The notes beneath the pieces are model-generated. The model was not told the DNA's origin. It ran no database searches and saw nothing but the letters and a program-made list of their open reading frames with translations. Source: the human T2T-CHM13v2.0 reference genome, Homo sapiens. From it: a DNA stretch of 64,000 nucleotides. The stretch is taken from assembly GCA_009914755.4 (NCBI GenBank), contig CP086569.2, positions 13,824,001 to 13,888,000 on the forward strand, given 5' to 3'. The translations under genes were made by a program, and so were the position numbers. Within the stretch, counting starts at the first letter, position 1. Each line of letters opens with the position of its first letter. Below are positions 43,761 through 57,110 of this stretch, in pieces.

Positions 43761-45049
43761 ATAACCAAAATAGAAGAGCCCCTATCAGGTATTGCTGAGT
43801 GTCACAGTCCTGTTAAACTTTAGGGACTACCTAGTTCAGTACAACTGTCCAGGATTAAAGCTGTTGCTCACAAACTGTAGGCACACAAATGGAGGACACC
43901 ATAACCTACATCTAAGAGCTTTTGGAGGAGTACTGCTACCTATTTAAAAGAATCAACATTCATCCAGAATTTGTAACATGATGCTATGGGTGGCAATAAA
44001 AGCTTTAACTATTCTCTTTTTCCCGACTGTAACATTACTTTTTTATCACTTTAGCCAACCTCCCAGGAAACAGCTTTTGTTCTTCTTGGGTGTAGAGGCC
44101 CCACTCAGCCAGACCCCATGTTGTCACTCTTGGTCCTATTTGCTCTCTCAACTACCTTGATCCCATGTGAGTGGGAACACAACTCTGTAGTAAATATTTC
44201 AACAATTATAGCATCAGGAAATCATCTTCATGCCTCCTGGATTTATCAGCATTGCCAGGATAGAGAATTGCATCTTCTGGCTTATTAGGAAAATCTCACC
44301 ACCAGACCTCAGACCTCCTAACTAACCATAGTGATCCTGAAATAACCAAACCCCTACTTGCTAAGTGAAACCCTCCCCCACATAATATATTCCACCTGCA
44401 CCTCCCAGCACTATCATGTGGGCCTAGGAAGTTAGGTACCTATGTTTCCAGTGTACTAACAGTTCTGTGTTTTGCACCCACTACTGTGTTAATGACACTG
44501 AAGTGGAAGTTTCCCTGTGATGCTATGATCCAACTTTAGCTGCCAAATTCCCAAGGCCACAGCAAGGTAAATGGAATTCTACCTGTGAGGAGACCATATA
44601 TGGTGCCTTCTGTCACTTCAGAACAAACAAGGGAAAAACAACTGCTTAGTCTGGGAAGGTTGCAGTACTCCCCCTTCCGGAAAAAAAAATTTTTTGACCA
44701 CCCTCACTGGAACAGAAGGGAAATATCTCTATAGACACAACTTGGCAGCAAAGGATGAACATCACACCCTCCAGAGTGTTTCTGCCCCAGCTGGCCTCAT
44801 TTTGGTTTGTGGCCATGAATAGGAAGGTGTCACACCCCATAAACACCGTCAACTCTCTAGGGAGCCACCTGTTTTTTTAGGAGTAGCATTCCCTTGTATA
44901 TAAGAAACTTGAAACACAGGTGAATATACACTAGCCATCCTTGCCCCTGCGGGGGTCTCTGTCTATTACACCCTAAAACCTAAGAATACCAGAAGTAAGC
45001 AAGCCGTAGAATTAATTCTGGCAGGAATCAGGGCAGCAATAGGACTAGC

Positions 45050-45426
45050 AACACTCCAGGGCAGCTTTGCTTACCATGAGTCAACTCTAAAGAACTTAAA
45101 TCAACACAGATCAGGTATTAAAGGGAACTCATGAGCACCTTGACTCTCTCGCAAATGTGGTTTTTGATAACAGACTAACATTGGATTATTTACCAGTTGA
45201 ACAAGAAGGAGTCTATGTACTTATTACTAAAAGCCGCTGCCTTTATTATATATTAGCAACTTTGGGGAGGTTTAGGTTAACATTCAAAAAATATATGAGC
45301 AAGCGACATGGATATATAGATGTAACCAGGGCACTGATCCCAAATACATCTGGTCAACTATCTCTGTATGGCACCAGATGTAGGGTCCAGCCCCACAGGG
45401 TTGGTGGGTTTTCTCCCTGTGTGTAG
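45050..45426 (+). pseudogene. ERV B envelope TM subunit remnant (immunosuppressive-domain region)
   Basis: ..LANVVFDNRLTLDYLPVEQEGVYVLITKSRCLYYI.. parallels gamma-retroviral TM ..[20 protein letters not shown].....CCFY. Confidence 0.6.
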
Positions 45427-46355
45427 AGATGAGAGAGTGTAGAAATAAAAACACAAGACAAAGAGATAAAAGAGAAGACAGCTGGGCCTGGGGGACCACT
45501 ACCACCAAGACGCGGAGACTGGTAGTGGCCCTGAATGCCACGCTGTGCTGATATTTATTGGATACAAGACAAAGGGGCAGGGTAAAGAGTGTGAGCCATC
45601 TCCAATGATAGGTAAGGTCATGTGTCCACTGGACAGGGGCCCTTCCCTGCCTGGCAGCCAAGGCAGAGAGAGAGAGGAGAGAGAGACAGCTTACGCTATT
45701 ATTCTGCTTATTAGAGACTTTTAGTACTTTCACTAATTTGTTACTGCTATCTAAAAGGCAGTCATAAAGAGAAATAAAGAGGAATTGCTGCAAACTAATG
45801 ATTAATGATATTCATATATAATCATATCTAAGATCTATATCTAGTATAACTATTCTTATTTTATATATTTTATAATACTGGAACTACTCGTGCCCTTGGT
45901 CTTTTGCCTTGGCACCTGGGTGGCTTGCCGCCCACAGGGATGGGGCAGAAGCAGCTTTCCATGAGATATGACCCCAGTGTGCAATGTTAGTTTACCATTA
46001 CCATGAAAATGGGACTGCGACTTACCACCTCTTTTCAGGGCAGTGACCAGATGACCCAAAAGTTACTACCACTTCCCTAGAAATTTCTGCATAAACCAAT
46101 TCTTAATCTACACGTAACTAAAAGTGGGTATAAATATGACTGCAGAACTGCCCTAAGCTGCTGTTCTCTGCCTATGGGGGAGCCCCACTCTGCAGGAGCA
46201 CTCACAGAGCTGTAACACCACTGGAGCTGTAACACTGCTGCTTCAGAAAAGCTGTTTTCTTTTACCTCTGGCTTGGCGTTACACTCTCTCCTGTGCAAAG
46301 CCAAGAACCCTTGTGGACTAAGCTCTGCTTTAGGGCTTGCCTGTCCAGCATCAAA
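45421..46355 (+). mobile_element. ERV B 3' LTR (boundaries approximate)
   Basis: Starts TGTAGAGATGAGAGAGTGTAGAAATAAAAACACAAGACAAAGAG.. right after env. Ends near ..gcttgcctgtccagca before the L1 at 46380. The last ~80 bp resembles 34940-35030, a possible 5' LTR remnant. Confidence 0.5.
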
Positions 46356-46379
46356 GTGAATAACTTGAGTAACTTTTCT

Positions 46380-49150
46380 CCCATTCTATAGGTGGTCTGT
46401 TTACTCTGTTCGTTGCTTTCTTTGGTGTGCAGAACTGTTTTAGCTTAATAGAGCCTCATTTGTCTATTTTTGGTTTTGCTGTCTGGTGTTTTAGCTGAGT
46501 TATAAAATCTTTGTTTAGTCCGATGCCCTGAAGCCTTTCCTATTGGTTTTCTTCTATTAGCTGCATAATTTCAGGCCTTCCATTTAACTATTTAATCCAC
46601 ATTAAGTTGACTTTTGTATATGGTGAGATAGAAATCTAGTTTCATTCTTCTGCATATGAATATCCAGTTTTCCCAGTACCATTTGTTGAAGAGGGTATCT
46701 CTTCCTCAATATACATTTTTAGCACCACTATTGAAAATCAGTTGAATGTAAACATTTATTTCTATGTTTTCTATTTTTTTCTATTATCCTTAGTGTCTTT
46801 TTATACCATTACTATTCTGTTTTTGGTACTATGGCTTCACAGTACTTTTTGAAGTCAAATAGTGTAATGCTGTCAGCTTTGTTCTTTTTGTCCAGTATTG
46901 CTTTGGCTAGTCAGTGTCTTACATGGTTTCATACACATTTTAGAATTGTTTTTTCTGGTTTTGTGAGGAATGTAATTGGTGTCTAGATAGAACTACATTG
47001 AATCTGTAGATTACTTTGGGTATTTTCATCATATTTACAGTATTTTTGCAGTACATGGTTATGGAATGCCATTTCACTTGTTTGTGTCATCTTCAATAAT
47101 TTTCATCAATGTTCTTTTACTTTTCATTGTAGAGTTCTTTCATTTCCTTGGTTTAATTTATTCCTAGGTATTTTATTTTTATTTGTTATTATTATTATTA
47201 TTATTTTTGGTGGGGAGAGGATCATGCTTTGTTGCCCATGCTGGAGTGCAGTGGCATGATCACAGCTTGCTGTAGACTTGTCCTTCTGGGCTCAGTCGAC
47301 CCTACCATCTGAATAGCTGGGATTACCTGAAAGCCTGGGTAATTTTTGCATTTTCGTACAGACAGGCTCTCACTATGTTGCCCATGCTATTCTTAAACAC
47401 CTGTCCTGAGGTAATTCTTTAGCCTCAGTCTCTCAAAGTACTGGGATCATAGGGATAAGCCACTGCACTCAGTTGATATTTTATTATTTTTCTAGCTATT
47501 TTAAATGAGACTGTTTGCTTGGTTTTGTTTCCAGTAGTTCATTATTGGTGTAAAACAACATTACTAATTTTTGTGCATTGATTCTGTGTTCTGCAACTTG
47601 GCTAAATTTGTTTATCAATTCCACAGATCTTTTGGTTAAGTCTTTTTCTCCATATAACATGAGGCCATCTGCAAAGAGGGACAGTTTGACTTTCTCATTT
47701 TCAATTTAGATGCCTTTTATCCTCTTCAATTTAGATGCCTTTTCTTATTCCTCTGGCTAGGCTTTCCAGGACTGTATTGAATAGAGTGGTGAAAGTGGCC
47801 ATCTTTGTTTTGTTCCAGTTTTTAAAGGAAAAGCTTTCAAGATTTTCCACATTCAGTATGATGTTAGCTGTGAGCTCATCATCGGTGGCCTTTATTATGT
47901 TGATAATAAATCATATGGAGAATACAGTACAGCCCTCTGAGCTCCTGGAGAATATGTGTGGGAACGAACAACCTCAGCATAACTCAAGTGAGTTATGTTT
48001 CTTCTATGTCTAATTTTGAGAGTTCCTCCCAGATGTAGAACTCCCTTAAGTAACTTTTTGTGGGGCAGGTATAGTTGTAGAGAATTTCTTCAGTTTTTGC
48101 TTGGCTGGGAAAGACTTTATTTTTTCTTTATTTTTGAATAATATCTTTGTTAAATATAGTGTTCTTGACTAGCAGGGTTTTTTTATTTTATCACTTTGAA
48201 TATATCACACAATTTTTTTCCTTTTCTGTAATGTTTCTGCTAGAAAGTGCTGTTAGTCTGCTGGTAATTCCTGTATGCGACTTGATGCTTGTCTCTTACT
48301 GTTTTGAGAATTATCTTTCTGCCTTTTCATTTTGAAAGTTTGACTATAATGTGTCTCAGAGTATACATGTGGATGTCTGAATCTCTCACAAGATGTGGAA
48401 AGTTGTCAGCTATTATTTTATTTAAAAATTTTCCATTTATTTTCCTATTTCTTCTGCTTTTCCTTAAACTCCAAATTCAATTATTTGTTTGCTTGATTTT
48501 GCTCTATATGTCTTGTAGGGTTCCTTGGCATTTTTTATTCTTTTTTTTTTTTTTTTGGTTTAGTTTATTTAAAAAGACCTGTCTTCAAGTAGGAAATTCT
48601 TTCCTCTGTTTGGTCTACTCTATTATTGAGCTTAAATTGTGTTTTTAAATTTTAATCATTGAATTCTTCAGTTGCAGGATATTGGTTCCTTTTTATCATT
48701 TCTATCTATTGAATTTCTTATTTAGATCATAAATTGTTTTTCTGATTTCTTTGTATTATCTCTTTGTGTCCTCTTGTGTCTTGCTGAGTTTTCTTACTCA
48801 GATTATTATTCCAATTTCTTTTTCTTATATTTTATAAATTTTATTTTCTTTGTGATCTGTCATTGGATAATTATTATGTTCCATTGGAGGTGCTATGTTC
48901 CTTTGCTTTCTCACAATTTTAAAATTCTTGTTTGATATATGCACATCTGGTTGCTTCTTATAATTTTATAAATTGTCTTTTATAGAGTAAGCCCTATTTT
49001 TCTGCATGTGTATCAAAAGTGTTGGTTGCATAATGTACTTTGGCTTGATTCTGGTGAGGGCTCTACTGTATTCTCCATATGATTTATTCAGTAGTTTTAG
49101 TGTTTTATATAAGTTCCTTAGAGGTTTAGGCTGTGGGTTTTGTGGGGGCT
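46380..49150 (-). mobile_element. older L1 (L1P/L1M-like) ORF2 region, minus strand, with nested Alu
   Basis: Plus strand is the antisense of L1 ORF2 (..tctggctaggctttccaggactgtattgaatagagtggtgaaagtggccatctttgttttgttccag.. and ttttgtatatggtgagatagaaatctagtttcattcttctgcatat..). Confidence 0.75.
47205..47475 (-). mobile_element. old diverged Alu (J-like), antisense, nested in L1
   Basis: ttgttgcccatgctggagtgcagtggcatgatcacagcttgctgtagac...ctcaaagtactgggatcatagggataagccactgcactcag. Confidence 0.7.
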
Positions 49151-49199
49151 GTTGTAGGCTTTCCTGGAGATGGGAACACCAGAAGGGCCATTATTTAGT

Positions 49200-49790
49200 A
49201 TGAGCATTGGTAATGATGTGCTGGCTTTTGAGCTCTTGGGTGACATACAAGGGTGCTGGAGGTGGCAGTGGGGGTCCCTTGTGGGCTGGTACTCAAGCCT
49301 CACAATGGCATACCTTTGCATCAGTCATAGTGGTAGCTGACTAGGTGGGCTTGTATACAGGCCCCAAGTGGCAAACATGAATGGGCGTCAGCAGTGGTGG
49401 TGGCAGACTTGGCAAGCTGGTTTCCCTTCCTTGGCAGTGGCACATGGGCACAAGGAGCAGCCAGTAGAGTGGACCTGTTCTCAGGATCCTGGATGACATA
49501 CATGGGTGTCCACAGTGGTGGGTAGTGATGGGTATGTTAAGTCTGTTAGGTGACAGGACATTGAATGCTGGTGACAATGGCATCTGGCCTATCCTCAGGC
49601 CCCTGGATGGCATGTGTACACATCAGTGGTGGTGGCACATAGGATATGCCAATCCTCAGGCTCCTGGACTACATCTATAGTTATTGGTATGGTTGGTGGT
49701 CTGGTCTTCCCTCTGACCTCCTGGAGAGTATGTGTGGGAACCAACAACCTCAGCAGGGGGAGTAAGCCAATTTTCAGGATTTTGTTCTGT
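49200..49790. repeat. degenerate tandem repeat, ~60-65-bp unit, ~9 copies
   Basis: Recurring units ..cctcaggNcctggatgRcatRYRtgggtgtccacagtggtggKtag.. (e.g. 49474, 49585, 49650). Confidence 0.6.
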
Positions 49791-52317
49791 ATGTACGGTG
49801 GAAGAAGCAGGTGAGTGGGCCTAAGCCTCTGGATGTGTGGCAGAGACACTGGGAGTGGCAGGTCTCTGGGAGGTGCGCAGGGCAGGCTAGCCTCGTGCTC
49901 ATTGCAGGTTTTATTTATTTAAACATTTGCTTTTTATGTTTAGTATTTCACTCTTTAGAGGGACAAATAATGGAATTTAAATCTTATGTTTGTGAACACA
50001 ACATATGAAATCAAAATAGTGCTTTAGGAGGTATACATTTCAAGGCTCTGAGTTTGATATGCAAGTGTACTTAGTATATATTATAAAGGAAAATGTATAG
50101 CACGCAAGAGTTGTCACAATGGTAGCTTTGATGAAATACCAGATTTCTGAATACTTCATTTAAGGTACCAGATTGTAAATGTTGTGTAGTTTTACTGTTC
50201 CTTAAGACTGTATTGTGAGTAAATTCGCTCATGTTCTGTTATATATATATGTATATAGAAATTTATATAATAAATTATATAAATGTTAACTTCAAATCTG
50301 AGTGTGTATTTGCACTTTATTTTATCAACAAATTCTATAAATATTCTAACTCTAAAAATTACATTTGAAGAGTAATATATAGTTTATTATGAAATCAACC
50401 TAAAGACCACTGGAATTACAGCATGATTTTTCTATTTATTTTTCAGAAATCCTGCTATTTACTTTTTTTTTTTTTTAACAGCTGGAATGGAAGTTTATTA
50501 AAAGGCTTTAGAGCAGGAAAGAAAGGGAAGTTACACTGAGAAGAATCCCAAGTGGTGATGTGAAGGACAAAGTGCAATGTTTAACCTTGATCCCAGGACT
50601 TTAGAGGGTGGCCCACCTCTCACTTTCCCATGATTTTTCCTTTAGAGTGGCTGTCCACATGCACAATGCCTTCCTTCTGCTTGGGAAGTAAGCACACTCA
50701 GTGTGTTTAGGAAGTTGTGTGCATGCCCATCTGAGGCTTTGTTTCCTCTTCTGGTGGAGTGCCCCCAAAAGGTCATACTCTACCATTTTGTCTCCTAATG
50801 CACGTATTCAGGCTCACTACCCCAATACCTGTGATTTTATTGGAAACCCTTATTGCTTCTTCTGGTGCCTGCATTCAATTAACAAGTTAATGTTAACAGC
50901 TGTTGATCAGCAGCAGATTGTCTCTCCCTGGTGCTGGCTGCCCAATTACCATTCTTAGAGAGGCAATGTGACAACAGTGGAACCATCTCCTGATCACCTG
51001 ACATCCCTGGCAGGTGGGGGTGGTGAGCCCTCTCCTGCCCTGCTCATGCCCGACTAACTTCTTGTAACACTTTCCCCCTCAAGAGCCCAAGACCCCAAAT
51101 CTTTGAGCAAATGTCAATATTCTATAACTGCTTCCTGCTGACTGACTGATGGTGGTGGTTGTTCTTTAGGTCTTGTCCTCTTCCTAGCTGTCAGGGCAGG
51201 GTGACTGCATGGGTTGGTGAAAGCGGTATCCAGCCAGGTCCAAGGTGTTAGGTTTTTAAGGAAATGCAAGGGTTAAAGAAAGACAGAGATGACAGGTCTA
51301 TGGCAATGCAGGTTTATTGCCAGAGTAACCTGCAGAGGTGGGGACCAGCTTAATGCCAGAGCCATCTGCCACTTACAGGCTGGGATAATCATAGGTGTAG
51401 TGGGAGGGCTCTGGGCAATATGGCTTGCTGCCTGGAAGGATGTGGATAAAATTCTTGTGATCACGTGGTTGGCCCTTTTTCTGGTAGGGTGTGATGATCA
51501 GAAAGTCAGATGGTTGGGCAGGATATTTCTATGGCCCCATGGAATGTTTCTAACTCTGACCAGGGTCTGTGAAGTGGCAGGAACTTACAAAATAGTTTAG
51601 CTTAGACTCAAGGGCAGGATTTCATCTCCTTTCGGTCCCACTGATGCGCAGTCCAGGGGTCCCCTGTATCAGGGTGCCTCTTGAATATTGAGAGGAGGGT
51701 ATTCTTCATTGAGGATCATCTGGAGCTTGATGGCCTGAGGGCAAGAGGAGACAAATTGGATTATTAAACTTAGAAGACATGGACCAAAAAAGAGCAAAAG
51801 TAGGAGAGTAACAAGTGGTCCTGACAAAAGAAGAACCCCCCAGAACCATTTTCAGATTTATTCCCAATCTAACCAACTCTCTGAAGCTTGTTCCCATAAC
51901 TTGGAGGCACGATTTAAGCAGTATTTGATGTTGTCTTATACTTTTCCCTGTTGATTTACCCAAAAGCAACACTTTTAGTCTAAGGCTAAACAAATTTCTC
52001 CTTGTGCTGCTGTTAGCATATCTACTCCTTGACAATTTTGGCAACTACAGCTGCTAAAGAGTCAATTTGTTCTTGCATAATAGTTAAGGTTCTAGTCATG
52101 ATGTTAATGTTGTTGGTATTCCCTCTGAGAGCTGGTTAAGGGGGCTTTTGTGATTCCAGCAATTTTGGTTCCTGTACTGGCTGTAATGCCAAGTCCCACA
52201 AGAAGGGGAATTAATTGGATAGCTCTTTTTATCATGGGAAGGATGGAATTTCTGGTCATTGGAACTGGAAGAGAGGTTGCCAGGGTCTGTAAAGATGTCT
52301 TGGGATGGGTAGCTGCA

Positions 52318-52690
52318 TTAGTCTGTTTTCACACTGCTGATAAAGGTATACCCAAGACTGGGCAATTTACAAAAGAGAGAGATTTATTGAACTTAACAGT
52401 TCCGCATGGCTGGGGAGGCCTCACAATCAAGGCAGAAGGCAAAGAGGAGCAAGTCACATTTTACGTGGATGGCAGCAGGCGAAGAGGGAGACCTTGCACA
52501 GAGAAACTCCCATTTTAAAACCATCAAATCTCATGAGACCCATTCACTATCAGCAGAATAGCAGTGGAAAGACCTGCCCCCAAGATTCAATCATCTCCCA
52601 CTGGGCCACTCCCACAGCATATGGGAATTATGGGAGCTACAAGATGAGATTTGGGTGGGGTTGCAGAGCCAAATCCATCAATAGCCTATG
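52318..52690 (-). mobile_element. MaLR LTR, THE1-like
   Basis: Reverse complement of the THE1 consensus: gcattagtctgttttcacactgctgataaag..gggaattatgggagctacaagatgagatttgggtggggttgcagagccaaatccatca. Confidence 0.85.
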
Positions 52691-53137
52691 GTACAAGTTC
52701 CAGTTCAGTTAGCAGGGTGACATTGGTGAGCTGATTGGCCACAAATATAAAAGAGTCCTTGGGTTTTGAAACATGCAGAGATTTCAAAACAAAAGAAGAG
52801 AGTGAGGACAGCTCCAAAAATCCTGAGGCTGCTTACATGCCCCAGTAACTGGTAGCTAGTCCTGCTAAGACTTGGGTGCATGGGGCTGCCACCTGATTCC
52901 AATATGTACCTAGAACTAGAATATTGATCTAGACTTTTACATTACTCATCCCTTTTGTTTCTTCTGATCAGCAGCCAGAGATCACTGGCTGGTTCACAGG
53001 AATAAGCATGCTTAGTCTAAAATACTGACAAAAACTTAAAAACAACTGATGAGACCAGAATTTAATGAGAGGTATATCATAATTTTTGAAACATAGTTTT
53101 TTCTCTCCATTTCTTACTTTTGTTAAAAATAAAAAAT

Positions 53138-53584
<447 letters not shown>

Positions 53585-53835
53585 TCAAATAAGACATTTT
53601 TAAAACCCAGCCCAGCCATGGGTTTGTCCCGTCAAATACCTATAAGTTGGGTAGATTTCTCTTCTTTTGAGGTTCCAAGACAATTGGGGCTCCTGGGCCT
53701 GGTGGGAAGTGACATTCTTTACTTACCACAGGTTAGGAATCTTGTACAGGAACTGTGTACACAAAACATGAGGCCAGTTTTCCCAAGGTACTTTTTATGG
53801 GTCTGTAAGCCTAGCTTGAGAAATCCAACTATTTA

Positions 53836-53921
53836 TTAGGTTGGTGCAAGAGTAATTGTGGGTTTTGCCATTAAAAAGGCATTACAAGGACAAAACCACA
53901 ATTACTCCTGCACCAACTTAA
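53836..53921. mobile_element. MADE1 (Hsmar1-derived mariner MITE), ~80 bp palindromic
   Basis: ttaggttggtgcaagagtaattgtgggttttgccattaaaaaggcattacaaggacaaaaccacaattactcctgcaccaacttaa matches the MADE1 consensus TTAGGTTGGTGCAAAAGTAATTGCGG...CCGCAATTACTTTTGCACCAACCTAA. Confidence 0.85.
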
Positions 53922-53976
53922 CATGCCTCTATATTTATACCTAGAATATTATATTTTTAAAGTATTTGTAAATTAA

Positions 53977-54333
<357 letters not shown>

Positions 54334-55756
54334 TAGTTAACTAAATAACCAACTTACATTTAGTTATGTTAATTTAATATGAAATTTAATTAAATAACTA
54401 ACGTATGGGCATTGAGATATCAAGCCAGAGTGATATTTATGTTCATTTTCTTAATGTTATTGTGTGCCGTTTAAGAGATACACATCTTTCAAATCTAAGA
54501 ATAGTTTATAAATGCCAGAATATTATTGTTTAGCACTTTTTTCGTATTTTAGTTAGTTTTATAATGCTGTTAATTTACCAACATTACATTTTTTCAAGAA
54601 AATCTATAAGATTTTTAATGTCTGAGTTTTTAATCACCCACACAAAATTATCAGATTGAAATCACAATCATATACAAAGATGTAAGAAACTCTTTATAAT
54701 TTGCCATGTATAATAATGTGAATGTACTTAATACTTTTGAGCTATATACTTAAAGTAGTTAAATGGTGAGTTTTATATAATCTATATTTTACCACAATTT
54801 AAGAAGTAAATAATTTTAAAAATTGAAAAAAGATAGCTGTGAACAATACAAAAAAAGTAAACTGGTACAAACTCTTGATGTTCAAATGTTTTGGTTCAAA
54901 ATGTAGGCAATATGAAATGGAAAGTGTAAGTAAGAAAACACTTGGCTATTAGTTGCTCAACTTTAAGAAGTTTTATTAGAGGGTATTTATTAACCTTTTT
55001 TCTTAAGGTTGAATAAGTGATTAAAAGTCCCATATAACAGTCAACCAAAGAGAACATTTTTATTTACTTTTTAAGAATACAAATAATTTTTGTGTTATTA
55101 CAATATGGTTTATAAAAGCTAGATTTAAGTAGATTTTGTTAGATTTAATATCTCAGAAATACTGATATTTTAAGAAAGCACCCATGCCATCTATCATTAA
55201 TCTAAAGAAAATAGGTAAGTTTAGAGAGAAAATCTGCTCTTAAAAAGAACCTCTCATTTGCAACACAAAAGCCATAGTGACTAAAATAGTCTATTTACAA
55301 ACCAAACTGAAACAAAACAAAACAAAATAGCTATTGCCCTTTCAGCTTAGTCATCTCAGCCATTAGATTTTTTAAATGCTTAAACTGACAATAATTGTGT
55401 ATATTTATGGGGCCTAATGTGATCTTTTAATCTATGTATACATTATAAAGTCATTCAATTAGGTCAATTACCAAATGACAGGATCTCATTATTTTTTATA
55501 ACTGAATAGTATATTGCATATATATACCACATTTTAAAATCCATTCACCTGCTGATAACACATGGTTTGATTCCGTATCTTGGCTATTGTGAACAGTGCT
55601 GCAGTAAGCATGGGAGTGCAGATACCTATTCAACATATTGATTTCATTTCTTTTGAGTATTATACCAAGTAGTTAATGTTTTGAGAAACCTCTGGACTGT
55701 TTTCCACACTGATTGTACTAATTAGCATTCCATTCAACAGAGTTCCCATTTCTTTT

Positions 55757-56806
<1,050 letters not shown>

Positions 56807-56827
56807 CTATTGTCAGTTTGTATGTCT

Positions 56828-57110
56828 TTTTTTTTTTTTTTTTTTGTAGGTAAGGAGAACAAGGTCCATTTTGTTACATGGATAGGATATATTGTGTAGT
56901 GGTGAAGTCTGGACTTTCAATGCAACCATTATGCAAATAATGTACATTGTACCCATTAAGTTATTTGATATCATCTACAACCTTCACACCCTTCGAGGCC
57001 TCCAATATCTATTATTCCACTCTCAATGCCCATGTGTACATATTATTTGGCTCCCACTTGTAAGTGAGAATATGTGGTATTTGACTGTTTCTTGATTTTG
57101 AGATGATTTA
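56828..57110 (-). mobile_element. older L1 3' end fragment, minus strand; its poly-A (poly-T on +) abuts the 5' end of the L1 at 55757-56512
   Basis: ..cccattaagttatttgatatcatctacaaccttcac...ctattattccactctcaatgcccatgtgtacatattatttggctcccacttgtaagtgagaatatgtggtatttg is the antisense of the L1 3' UTR. Confidence 0.7.
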
